DNA from: an uncultured Candidatus Saccharibacteria bacterium
GTDB taxonomy: Bacteria > Patescibacteriota > Minisyncoccia > Phycocordibacterales > JAKFXT01
Reading direction: 5' to 3'
NCBI GenBank assembly: GCA_964443725.1
Contig: CAYUDP010000004.1
Span: forward strand, 1-49,815
DNA length: 49,815 nucleotides
In this document: positions 16,905-25,610 of the stretch, in pieces
Layout: each line of letters opens with the position of its first letter
Numbering within the stretch: position 1 is the first letter of the stretch
Notes under the pieces: model-generated
What the model was told of the DNA's origin: nothing
Seen by the model: the letters and a program-made list of their open reading frames with translations, nothing else
Database searches by the model: none
Translations under genes and position numbers: made by a program

Positions 16905-16935
16905 TGCCACGACTTCCCTATCTTAGAAGAACTTA

Positions 16936-17655
16936 TTATTTCAAGGTTTGTTTAGTACTTGTTGACCCTACAAAAGAAGCCACAACAACATATCTCTCAC
17001 TTTTCTCACCGAAACCATTACAGGTTGAGACAACTAGTTTTCTTTTCCTTTCGGAAAGATTAACAAGCGCATCATCGGCCTTTGTCAAAGTGACCGTGTC
17101 TACTGAATACGTATACTCCTTACCATTTTCAGAATAAAGTTTTATCTCACTTCGTGGAGATAATTTTGGAATTTCTGAAAAAAGTTTGAAGTTTTGATTG
17201 TGAACGATGGGAAGATGTGATGAGTGACCAAAGATGAATATCGTTTGATTGCTCTCAAGGTCTCCAGACTCTGGGTATCTAACCGCTCCGTATAGAAGTG
17301 CATCATCAAGAGTCTTTGTATCTGAACTCTTGGGATTTAAAACTTTCGCATCCACCCCGATCTTAGAGATTACTACCCTAACAGGCTCAGTATAGCTACC
17401 AAACCTAACCGTCTCCACCAAATCACCTTCATTAACAGAACTTCTTTCATCGTGAATAAAAATCGAGAAAAAAGCATTGTTAATTTCCTTGACCCCCTTT
17501 GGTGCAAAACCAAGACTGACAAGGATAACTAGAAATCCAATAAAGAAAAGTATAGTGCGATAAAGCACGCTGATTTTACTTACTTTTACCTTGAAGTTTC
17601 TCTTTTCCATCGTTTTATGTGGTTTTGTCAAAGAAAGGACACACCTTTCCACCAC
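16936..17655 (-). CDS. Sortase-family transpeptidase
   Basis: N-terminal TM (ILFFIGFLVILVSLGF), catalytic His (IFIFGHSSH), TLxTC-type Cys (LVVSTCNG), conserved Arg (SERYVVVA). The track start is GTG 17655; ATG 17610 (MEKRNFKV...) is an equally plausible start. Confidence 0.8.
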   Translation of the reverse strand: MVERCVLSLTKPHKTMEKRNFKVKVSKISVLYRTILFFIGFLVILVSLGFAPKGVKEINNAFFSIFIHDERSSVNEGDLVETVRFGSYTEPVRVVISKIGVDAKVLNPKSSDTKTLDDALLYGAVRYPESGDLESNQTIFIFGHSSHLPIVHNQNFKLFSEIPKLSPRSEIKLYSENGKEYTYSVDTVTLTKADDALVNLSERKRKLVVSTCNGFGEKSERYVVVASFVGSTSTKQTLK

Positions 17656-17807
17656 TGGGGAAAGTCTATCATATTAAAAGCGTTTTGTCAATGTTGCTAT
17701 AATGGATTATTCGTGGGATTTTCAAAAGTATTGACAAATACATATATATATGATATATATTAGAAACAAGGCCAATTTGGCCCCAAAAATCAAAAAACAA
17801 AAAATTT

Positions 17808-19013
17808 ATGAAAGATTACATTCCGAACAATTTGCCAATAGAGGAAATGGAAAATGAGGTTGTCTCAAGGGAAACCGAGGTTGCAATGCTCAGTGAAAAA
17901 GATGAGATGATACCAGATTTTTCGCATAAAGATGAGACAAAAGAGGAAGCTCGCAAGAGAAGGCGCGCCGAGCTCCTTAGTCGTACTCAAGTTTACCGAG
18001 AGAGAGCAACTCCGCTTTTGGCCATTTTAGGACTAATACTTGGACTCATTGCGATTATATCTATAGCCATTATGGTAGTCAGATACTCCCCTGTTGCCTT
18101 TGATAGAGCACACGGGGTACTCGCAAGTCTATCAAACGCGTTTGAATCAGAAAAAGTCTCAGCACATGGCGAAGCGGTCACTTCTGGAAAACCATTTGTC
18201 CTATCATGGAATCATGAAAACAAAACAAAGGATGGATCATACACACTATATTACCCATGTGTTGACGGAGTGTATATCAAAGTAAAATCAAAAATAACAG
18301 ACGAGGACACAGTACTCTGCAATAAGGACTATCAATTCATAAACATAGACAATAGTATTTCTATTACAGCTTTCTCAGAAAAGTTTGGCAAAGTCGACCT
18401 CCCTATCACAATATCTTTCACTAGAAACGGAGAGAAAGAAACCTCTATAACTGGAGTAACAAACATAAACATCACAAACGACTCAATAGTGAAGAAAGAA
18501 AATACTCAGAAAAAAGATGCGGGTTCAACTATAGTTATAAAAGAGAAAACTGAAACTACAACTCCCAAAAAAGAACCCGTAACTACAAACACAACTTCAA
18601 AAAATACAGGCACCGTATCCTATGGAGGAACAATCAGCAACCCAAATGGTAAAGCCGACCTTACCCCATCCATAGTAAGTTTGGGGATAATGGACTCTGC
18701 GAATAACTTCATAGCGACAAATTCTCCAAAGAGAACAGATAGAATCGCTGTCAAATTCAGGATAGAGAATATAGGAGATAAGACATCTCAATCATTCGTG
18801 TTCACTGCGATACTCCCAACTTCACCATCTTATGTATTCGTATCAGAAACCCAAGCTGGAATAGCTCCTCAATCTGGAGTAGATTACACGCTAGTCTTCG
18901 ATAGAGTTATAGATGGCACAGGTACATTTACAGTAAAAGTAGATCCAGCCCAGAACATAACTGAAAGCAATATCTCAAATAACTCAACTTCACTAAATAT
19001 CAAAGCAATATAA
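17808..19013 (+). CDS. Membrane-anchored surface protein with C-terminal CARDB-like domain
   Basis: TM helix LLAILGLILGLIAIISIAIMVV. The C-terminal ADLTPSIVSLG...VKFRIENIGDKTS...TFTVKVDPAQNITESNISNNS resembles the CARDB pattern (DL..., N.G, vD..n.v.E.ne.NN). Confidence 0.7.
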   Translation: MKDYIPNNLPIEEMENEVVSRETEVAMLSEKDEMIPDFSHKDETKEEARKRRRAELLSRTQVYRERATPLLAILGLILGLIAIISIAIMVVRYSPVAFDRAHGVLASLSNAFESEKVSAHGEAVTSGKPFVLSWNHENKTKDGSYTLYYPCVDGVYIKVKSKITDEDTVLCNKDYQFINIDNSISITAFSEKFGKVDLPITISFTRNGEKETSITGVTNINITNDSIVKKENTQKKDAGSTIVIKEKTETTTPKKEPVTTNTTSKNTGTVSYGGTISNPNGKADLTPSIVSLGIMDSANNFIATNSPKRTDRIAVKFRIENIGDKTSQSFVFTAILPTSPSYVFVSETQAGIAPQSGVDYTLVFDRVIDGTGTFTVKVDPAQNITESNISNNSTSLNIKAI

Positions 19014-19023
19014 AAATAGGATT

Positions 19024-19061
19024 CGCCCGTAGTGCCAAGTGGCACTACGGGCGTTTTCTTT
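19024..19061 (+). terminator. Strong rho-independent terminator
   Basis: CGCCCGTAGTGCC(19024-19036)-AAGT-GGCACTACGGGCG(19041-19053)-TTTTCTTT. Confidence 0.85.
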
Positions 19062-19077
19062 GTGGGCAGCCGATAAT

Positions 19078-19356
19078 TCAAGCCGCCTTTCGATATCGAT
19101 TGGCAATTTCTTCGATCAGGGGCCTATATTTATCACGGATCTCAGAAATAGCTTTCTCCACCGCCAGGTCCTCCTCCCCTCCCGTAGGAACACGTCCACT
19201 TTCAATAAAAGACCTGGATAGCATGAAAGTATTGTGCAATTCCTGACGCAGGGCATCCATGATACCCCGGTTACCCCGAGCACCAAGAGCTGCGGTCATG
19301 AGCACGGACACCAAGAGCATCCGCTCAAGCCCCCCGCCTTCTTCCAAAGGTTTCAT
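19078..19356 (-). CDS. Hypothetical protein (92 aa), GC-rich cassette 4
   Basis: ATG 19356 is preceded by TGGGGGAATCCCAA. MKPLEEGGGLERMLLVSVLMTAALGARGNRGIMDALRQELHNTFMLSRSFIESGRVPTGGEEDLAVEKAISEIRDKYRPLIEEIANRYRKAA. GC-rich, placed between two convergent AT-rich genes. The track start at 19371 is a TTG. Confidence 0.5.
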   Translation of the reverse strand: MKPLEEGGGLERMLLVSVLMTAALGARGNRGIMDALRQELHNTFMLSRSFIESGRVPTGGEEDLAVEKAISEIRDKYRPLIEEIANRYRKAA

Positions 19357-19431
19357 TTGGGATTCCCCCAAGTTGTTGATCTGTAAAAAACATTACACTT
19401 TCAACACAAAATTGCAAGCATGTAAATATCC

Positions 19432-21930
19432 TCAGCACGGAGGAGGTAGTGGTAGAAACGAACTAAGAGCCGGCAATATACAAGGATCGGTAGCTACCCC
19501 CGGAGAACCTTTTACATTCCTCCCCGTCGAGTCGAGTATAGATTTAAAAATAGTATTATCGCTTATCCAGTTTGAAGGCGACATACCCGAGGAGTTCAGA
19601 TTGACTCTAGCCATAGTCGAGAAATCTGTCGCGCTCCCTGCACACCAAACTCCCCCACAAGCTCCTAGAAGTGGAGTCGAATCAACAATCTCTTCTCCAT
19701 CTCCACCTTCCATATGGACAAGCTCTATAGTATCCTCAATTTTATTTATTCCTGGATCCCCCGGCCCAGACATACCAGACACAAAATCAACCGGAATACT
19801 AGGTGTGACGTCTTCAGTATCCCTATCTACAAGATAATAAGAATTCGGAGAGATATTGGATGGGAACAAAAAATTTGGAGTACCACTTTTACCTCTTAAA
19901 ATAAATTCTGATAGATTTATTGTACTCCCAGTATTGTTGTAAAGTTCAATCCATTGTCGATCTACCCCCTCCTCTGTGCCAGCCCAAGCTATCTCACTTA
20001 TAACAATAGGTCTTTTTATATAGGTCACAACTATGGGTGTACCCGTTGCTGCATTACCAGACAAGTCGTAGGCTGCAGCTGAAATATTGTGAGTAGCAGA
20101 TGGTATAAGATCTGCAAGCACCGTATCAAAAGTTGAAGTAGCGAACACCCCATCAACATCGACTGCATAATAAGCCAGATCAGAAGCCACTGAGGACATT
20201 TCTAAAGTGACAGAGCTGGTAGCGACTGTACATGTGCCATCAATTATTGAATGCGCACACTCTCTTATAGAATAGTTAAAGTCTGGAGGCGTAGTATCGG
20301 GTGGTACAGTCGGAATATCAGGAGTTGAACTAGAATCAGATGTTGTAGAGGATGATCCCGCAAAAGTACCCGAGGAACTATCTCCTGAGAAAGTACTTAT
20401 AATTGGCCCTCCTCCGCCAAAACCAGGAGTTACAGGTACAACAATCGGATTTGGAATAACTGGTAGTGTTAGTGACATGAGCACATCTTCACTTATAGAA
20501 GATTTATCGCTCGGCAAAGAAGAAGTGCCAGTATCACCATGGTGTAGAGCAAAGTATGGCCCAGGCAAAACAACTGTCGGATGATTATTAACAAATTTAA
20601 TAGTATTTATCCCCCCTAAAGAGATATCGTCTTTTACTATTGAAACCGCTTCCCCACCTACAAAAGAAGCTGTGCTGGCTAGACTCTTTGTTGTGTTTAA
20701 TATACTCCCTACAAATGCAAGAGAATTATCAAAACTAGAACTTAATCCGTCGCCTATCCTTGATAACCCATCCTTTGACCAAGACAAGAAGTTCAAACTC
20801 TCACTCATACTATTTCCAAGTAGAGATACAACCGGAGACATAAAATTGGGAAGTTTGTGTTCAAGTGTGGCGATCTCTGCTCTTATTGTTGATTGTGAAT
20901 TCTGTAGTTCCTTTTCTCTGGAAAGCCTCCTATCTTCATCCTCCTTTTGTTTTTTTAAATATTCAGTTTTTGCTTTTTCTCCCTCCCTGAAAAATAGTTC
21001 AATAACACCAGCGTTATTTGTTATTGATTTCTCAGAAAGAATTTTAAAATAATCTTGAATAACTTCCATTTTACTATCTCTATATAAATAATAATTCTTT
21101 CCATCTTTTACAAGCTCAACATTCAAAAGACGTATCTTAGACCCTGATAAACTATCTAGTCCATATGCAAATTCATCATCACTTTCAACAATCCTAGGGT
21201 ACTCAAATTCATTATATTTATTATTTATAGTGTCATCACTATAAAAATTTGCATTCGTATAAGAAGCCAAAGTATCAAAATATAATTCAAGATTATCAAG
21301 TCTCTCCGGCCTGTCTCCTTTTACAAAAAATTTCTCAGCCGTGCCTGACATAGTATCCCTATTCATATTTTTCTCAGCCCATGACTCATAAGATGACGGA
21401 TTGGTATAAAGACCAGAACTTCCTTCACCCATATGTGGGTCATTTCTCACATGGTCCGGTACCGTCATATCCTCAAGTAGATGAAGAATGTGGCCAAGTC
21501 CTGTATAAGCCTCACCCATCTCGCCTCGAGCATAGTGCTCCATAACCCTCGGCCAAGAATATTCGTTCACCTCTCCTTCAACTCTCTTTGAGAAAAAGGG
21601 AGTATCTATACCAAGTTTTATAGTACCTATCGCACCTGTATCATGAAAGGCCCAGTATTTGGCCGAACTCATACCATTGAGTCCGATATTGTGCGTTGGA
21701 TCATAGAAGTGATTTAGTGACCTTGAATCCGGAAAATCTTCATCTATCGATCCTTGGACAATTTTCTCCAAATCTTCTTTGGATATCTTTTTATCACCAT
21801 GGAACAAGTTGTAGAAATTGACTGACTCTTGGGTGAGCCCGGCATGAGTAGTCTGTGGATCATAAGCAAAAGTATGATTTGGAAAGAAAAGAGCAAACAA
21901 CAAAATGCTGGCTAAAACTCTATTTTCCAT
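19432..21930 (-). CDS. Secreted multidomain protein: N-terminal zinc phospholipase C / P1-nuclease-like domain, Ser/Thr/Pro linker, C-terminal lamin-tail (LTD) domain
   Basis: Signal peptide MENRVLASILLFALFFPNHTFA. His/Asp-rich motifs THAGLTQES, NHFYDP, HILHLLEDMTVPDHVRNDPH. LTD-like ISEIAWAGTEEGVDRQWIELYNNTGSTINLSEFILR. Confidence 0.65.
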   Translation of the reverse strand: MENRVLASILLFALFFPNHTFAYDPQTTHAGLTQESVNFYNLFHGDKKISKEDLEKIVQGSIDEDFPDSRSLNHFYDPTHNIGLNGMSSAKYWAFHDTGAIGTIKLGIDTPFFSKRVEGEVNEYSWPRVMEHYARGEMGEAYTGLGHILHLLEDMTVPDHVRNDPHMGEGSSGLYTNPSSYESWAEKNMNRDTMSGTAEKFFVKGDRPERLDNLELYFDTLASYTNANFYSDDTINNKYNEFEYPRIVESDDEFAYGLDSLSGSKIRLLNVELVKDGKNYYLYRDSKMEVIQDYFKILSEKSITNNAGVIELFFREGEKAKTEYLKKQKEDEDRRLSREKELQNSQSTIRAEIATLEHKLPNFMSPVVSLLGNSMSESLNFLSWSKDGLSRIGDGLSSSFDNSLAFVGSILNTTKSLASTASFVGGEAVSIVKDDISLGGINTIKFVNNHPTVVLPGPYFALHHGDTGTSSLPSDKSSISEDVLMSLTLPVIPNPIVVPVTPGFGGGGPIISTFSGDSSSGTFAGSSSTTSDSSSTPDIPTVPPDTTPPDFNYSIRECAHSIIDGTCTVATSSVTLEMSSVASDLAYYAVDVDGVFATSTFDTVLADLIPSATHNISAAAYDLSGNAATGTPIVVTYIKRPIVISEIAWAGTEEGVDRQWIELYNNTGSTINLSEFILRGKSGTPNFLFPSNISPNSYYLVDRDTEDVTPSIPVDFVSGMSGPGDPGINKIEDTIELVHMEGGDGEEIVDSTPLLGACGGVWCAGSATDFSTMARVNLNSSGMSPSNWISDNTIFKSILDSTGRNVKGSPGVATDPCILPALSSFLPLPPPC

Positions 21931-22517
21931 ACTTTGGTAAAGATGTTTATTGTCATTAAAGCCCCAATCCTTTCGTTAGTACCTTTTGGCACTGTAACCA
22001 CAACATCTTGAGAGCCAACCCTATTTGAATACGTCTTATCTTCAGTAGATTTTGAATAATATTCAATAGCACACCAATCAACTTCTACACCACATTTTTT
22101 AACCCCCTTATTTCTTATTCCCTCATACCATTTTAAGCTTTCGGAAAGACTTTTGTTTTTACCCAACTCATCATTAAACTTTTTGAGAGCTGAGTCCTTT
22201 TTATCTACTCGATAGTAGCTAGATGAGGTTGTTGCATCATTTTTTTTCAAGGCAACTAAAAGTAAATCTAAGGTTTCTTCCGGAGTCTTCCCTCCTGCAA
22301 AATCACTTTTTTGATAAGCAATTTCTTTTTCGTTCTGTGTTTTCATCTCATTCAAGATACTATCTGCCCTATTCGACAATATCTTAAACTGCATATATTT
22401 TAGCCCTACGCCAAAAAACATAAAAAACACCATTATTAATACAAGTGCCAAAATTCCAAGCGTCACCCTCTTAAAGACCCTCCTCCATGAAATTTTAGAC
22501 AGGAAATCGAAAGCCAT
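21912..22517 (-). CDS. Membrane-anchored hypothetical protein (201 aa)
   Basis: Start moved to ATG 22517 (MAFDFLSKISWRRVFKRVTLGILALVLIMVFFMFF) because GTGTATAAT lies inside the TTG-initiated extension of the track ORF. Overlaps the downstream gene's start by 19 nt. Confidence 0.6.
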   Translation of the reverse strand: MAFDFLSKISWRRVFKRVTLGILALVLIMVFFMFFGVGLKYMQFKILSNRADSILNEMKTQNEKEIAYQKSDFAGGKTPEETLDLLLVALKKNDATTSSSYYRVDKKDSALKKFNDELGKNKSLSESLKWYEGIRNKGVKKCGVEVDWCAIEYYSKSTEDKTYSNRVGSQDVVVTVPKGTNERIGALMTINIFTKVWKIEF

Positions 22518-22550
22518 GTTTATATATAAATTATACACCAAATACTTATA

Positions 22551-22585
22551 AGCAAAACCGCCCCTTTATTGGGGGGCGATTGCTT
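22551..22585 (-). terminator. Terminator-like hairpin just after gyrB
   Basis: Plus-strand core stem CGCCCC (22559-22564) / GGGGCG (22573-22578). Outer AGCAA/TTGCT pairing overlaps the gyrB stop codon. Confidence 0.45.
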
Positions 22586-24650
22586 ATATGTCTAGTTTTG
22601 CGTATTTGGCATTTGACTGAATAAAGCTCTTTCGAGATGGGACATCGGTTCCCATGAGAACATCAAAGGCTTTGTCGGCGTCAGCAGTATCTTCTATTGT
22701 CACCCGTTTCAAGATTCTGTTGGCTGGGTTCATGGTTGTTTCCCACAATTCCTCCGGATTCATTTCTCCAAGACCTTTATATCTCTGGACCATAACTTTT
22801 GCCGTCTTTTTCGTTTTTGCTTTTTCGTCTTCCTCTTCTTCCGGCACCTCTTCACCCTCTGAAGCCTCCGCTTCATCTATTTCAACTGCCACTCCTCCAA
22901 AATTCTTCACAATTTTTTCTTTTTCCTCGTCCGAAAAAGCGTATGCACTTTCTTTTCCCTTCTTCACCTTGTAGAGTGGTGGTTGAGCAATATAGAGATA
23001 CCCACCATCGATTATCTGTCTGAAATGTCTATAGAAAAGAGTAAGTATCAAAGTTCTGATATGTGCCCCATCAACGTCAGCATCTGTGGCAATTATTATT
23101 TTGTGATATCGCAACTTACTAATATCAAATGTATCCCCAATCAATGTTCCCAATGCCAAGATAAGTGCCTTAATCTCCTGAGAAGCAAGCATCTTGTCGA
23201 GTCTCGCTCTCTCCACATTCAAAATTTTACCCTTAAGAGGTAATATAGCTTGAGTCTTTCTATCTCTTCCCTGTTTTGAAGAACCACCAGCAGAATCTCC
23301 CTCAACGATAAACACTTCTGATTCAGAAGCATCCCTACTTGAACAATCTGCAAGCTTACCAGGCAACGTAAGCCCCTCGAGGGCTCCTTTTCTCAATACA
23401 CTATCCTTTGCTGCCTTAGCAGCCTTTCTTGCCTTAAGGGCAAGTATTGCTTTGTTTATTATTGCTCTTGCATCATCAGGCTTTTCTTCCAAAAATGCAT
23501 TAAAACTATCATTGAAAACTTGAGCTACAGCACCCTGTGCTTCCACGCTTCCAAGTTTCGCTTTCGTCTGCCCCTCAAACTGGATATCGGGTCCCATCTT
23601 TATTGAAACAACTGCAGTCAAACCCTCTAACACATCATCTCCAGTAAGGTTATCCTCTGACTCTTTTAGAATATTATTTTTTCTAGCGTAGTTATTGAGG
23701 GCTCTCGTTAGTGCAGTCTTAAAACCTGTCACATGAGTTCCTCCCTCTAGGTTATAAATGTTGTTAGCAAAAGCAAGGAGTCTGGGTGTTATGTCATCCA
23801 CATACTGAAGCGCAACCTCAACATTGACCCCATCCTGCTCTTTCTCAACATAAAAGACTTCCCTATGTATGGGTTTTTGAAACTCGTTATAAAAACGAAC
23901 CATAGACTGCAATCCTCCCTCAAAATAAAAAGTAAATGTCGGTGCACTGAGATGAAGGTCGTGTAGCCAGAACTCATCATCTTTTATCTTTCCTTCATAT
24001 CCCCTTAAGTCCAAAACTTCAATTCTAAGTTTTTTGACCAAATAAGCTTGCTGACGCAAATGAGAAACAACTCTATTCCAATCATATTTTATTTCTTTGA
24101 AAATTTCTGTGTCAGCTTCAAACGTGACGATGGTGCCATTTTCCTTTGAAGCTCTAACCTTCTTGACGGCAGCCTTTTTTATACCCCTCGAATACTCCTG
24201 GTAGTAATACCCGCCATCGCGATGCACTTCGACTTTCATATAAACAGAAAGTGCATTTACAACTGAGGCTCCGACTCCATGTAGACCTCCGGATACCTTA
24301 TAGCCCTCCCCTCCGAATTTTCCTCCAGCGTGCAGAGTAGTCATAATAGTCTCTAGAGCAGAAACTTTTGTCTTCTTATGAATATCAACAGGAATGCCAC
24401 GTCCATTATCTGCAACTCTTATTCTATTTTGAGGCAAAAGTGCCACTTCAATACGATTGGCAAAACTGCCCATAGCCTCATCGCGAGAGTTATCAAATAT
24501 CTCCCAAATCAAATGATGCAGTCCATCAGGCCCAGTTGTACCAATATACATTCCGGGACGCTTACGTACTGGTTCAAGTCCCTCAAGAACGGTAATGTCC
24601 TCAGCACTATAATGATGTCCGCTTTTATCTTTTTCTTTTTTTGCTGGCAT
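22584..24650 (-). CDS. gyrB: DNA gyrase subunit B
   Basis: MPAKKEKDKSGHHYSAEDITVLEGLEPVRKRPGMYIG, GLHHLIWEIFDNSRDEA, GGLHGVGASVVNALS, EVFIVEGDSAGGS, IIIATDADVDGAHIRTLILTLF. Start set at ATG 24650; the 92-aa N-terminal extension in the track (to 24926) is promoter DNA. Confidence 0.95.
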   Translation of the reverse strand: MPAKKEKDKSGHHYSAEDITVLEGLEPVRKRPGMYIGTTGPDGLHHLIWEIFDNSRDEAMGSFANRIEVALLPQNRIRVADNGRGIPVDIHKKTKVSALETIMTTLHAGGKFGGEGYKVSGGLHGVGASVVNALSVYMKVEVHRDGGYYYQEYSRGIKKAAVKKVRASKENGTIVTFEADTEIFKEIKYDWNRVVSHLRQQAYLVKKLRIEVLDLRGYEGKIKDDEFWLHDLHLSAPTFTFYFEGGLQSMVRFYNEFQKPIHREVFYVEKEQDGVNVEVALQYVDDITPRLLAFANNIYNLEGGTHVTGFKTALTRALNNYARKNNILKESEDNLTGDDVLEGLTAVVSIKMGPDIQFEGQTKAKLGSVEAQGAVAQVFNDSFNAFLEEKPDDARAIINKAILALKARKAAKAAKDSVLRKGALEGLTLPGKLADCSSRDASESEVFIVEGDSAGGSSKQGRDRKTQAILPLKGKILNVERARLDKMLASQEIKALILALGTLIGDTFDISKLRYHKIIIATDADVDGAHIRTLILTLFYRHFRQIIDGGYLYIAQPPLYKVKKGKESAYAFSDEEKEKIVKNFGGVAVEIDEAEASEGEEVPEEEEDEKAKTKKTAKVMVQRYKGLGEMNPEELWETTMNPANRILKRVTIEDTADADKAFDVLMGTDVPSRKSFIQSNAKYAKLDI

Positions 24651-24793
24651 AAAATTAAAAAGCAACAATTTGCTTCTTTTTGACCCTTTTATTCTATCAA
24701 AAATCTGCACATTTTGGAATACAAAATAAATTAGAACATCATATAGTAATATCCATATCGTGTTGTTAATGCAATAAAATAATTGATAATCTC

Positions 24794-24822
24794 TTGACAT
24801 TAGATGCTTTTTCATGTTTAAT
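24794..24822 (+). promoter_or_regulatory. Near-consensus sigma70 promoter for cassette 5
   Basis: TTGACA (24794-24799), 17-nt spacer, TTTAAT (24817-24822). Divergent from gyrB. Confidence 0.55.
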
Positions 24823-24870
24823 ACTAGACAGTCCGAGAAGTTCCACTTAAACCGACAAAAGGGAGGGAAG

Positions 24871-25041
24871 GTGAAACAAAAAAACCCCATGTGGGTAAAA
24901 GTCCTAGCAGTTGTGATGGCAATCATCGCGACTGCGATCGTAATCTACGACACATTTTATGCAGGCCACCCCGCGCCAATGCATGAAATGCGGGATCGGC
25001 TCCCAGCAAAGCCGACCGGTGTCAAAACCGTGTCAACCTAG
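24871..25041 (+). CDS. Small single-TM protein, GC-rich cassette 5, gene a
   Basis: GGGAGGGAAG (24861-24870) lies directly before GTG 24871; the alternative in-frame start ATG 24889 gives MWVKVLAVVMAIIATAIVIYDTFYAGHPAPMHEMRDRLPAKPTGVKTVST. The stop overlaps the SD of the next gene. Confidence 0.55.
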   Translation: MKQKNPMWVKVLAVVMAIIATAIVIYDTFYAGHPAPMHEMRDRLPAKPTGVKTVST

Positions 25042-25050
25042 GAGAAAAAA

Positions 25051-25599
25051 ATGACCAAAGAAATTTGGTTCAAGATTTTCGCTATCGCCATCGCGGCCGT
25101 GGTGATGTTCACCCACCCGAGGTTGTCTCTTGCCCAATCTGCGACTGTCCCAGTCGCAATCTGGACGAGGGGCGACGTGTCTCCCGGGGAAGAAAGGCTC
25201 GGGGCAATATTCAAGTATCAGAGGTCTGTCGGTTTCGCCAAGTGCGAGATCATCCTGAAAAAGGACGACTCCATGGTGAACCGAGTCGAGATAAGGGGAA
25301 GTGACGGTGTCCTGTCGAGTACCAATGTGTTCGACAAATACACCGTTCACATGGAGGAAGAGGATGGGGACATCCTTATCGTATCCATCCCCACCTACTC
25401 GGGGAAAATAGAAACATTCTCCCCCGCCTCCGGAAGCCCTCCGGAAAAAATCCTCCACAAAGATAGGGGTGGCGATCTCTTCAACCAGATCTGCGTCGTT
25501 GAGAAAACAATGCAGATCGGCCTGCCCGACGTCCTCGACATGTGGATGTCGGAAATATACGGGTCAAAGAAAAATTACAAGGAAAAGACCCGAATATAA
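25051..25599 (+). CDS. Secreted protein of unknown function (182 aa), GC-rich cassette 5, gene b
   Basis: GGAG (25041-25044) 6 nt upstream of ATG. Signal peptide MTKEIWFKIFAIAIAAVVMFTHPRLSLAQS. Followed by a GC-rich terminator. Confidence 0.75.
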   Translation: MTKEIWFKIFAIAIAAVVMFTHPRLSLAQSATVPVAIWTRGDVSPGEERLGAIFKYQRSVGFAKCEIILKKDDSMVNRVEIRGSDGVLSSTNVFDKYTVHMEEEDGDILIVSIPTYSGKIETFSPASGSPPEKILHKDRGGDLFNQICVVEKTMQIGLPDVLDMWMSEIYGSKKNYKEKTRI

Positions 25600-25610
25600 G
25601 TCGTCATCGT

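Noticed and set aside
15916-16926. Multiple overlapping ORFs on both strands inside cassette 3 (e.g. 15947..16477 +, 15954..16223 +, 16080..16310 -, 16455..16742 +, 16669..16926 +)
   Set aside because: These are typical stop-poor shadow frames of a high-GC gene, rich in Arg/Gly/Pro, without SD or signal features. The 343-aa lipoprotein frame explains the region.
17770-17782. GGCCAATTTGGCC palindrome in the 5' region of gene 17808
   Set aside because: It is short (6-bp arms) and occurs once. It is most simply a small 5'-UTR hairpin, and there is no evidence of function.
24651-24926. 92-aa N-terminal extension of gyrB in the track ORF (start 24926)
   Set aside because: Canonical GyrB begins at MPAKKEK...HHYSAEDITVLEGLEPVRKRPGMYIG (ATG 24650). 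The extension is AT-rich promoter DNA that also contains the divergent cassette 5 promoter.
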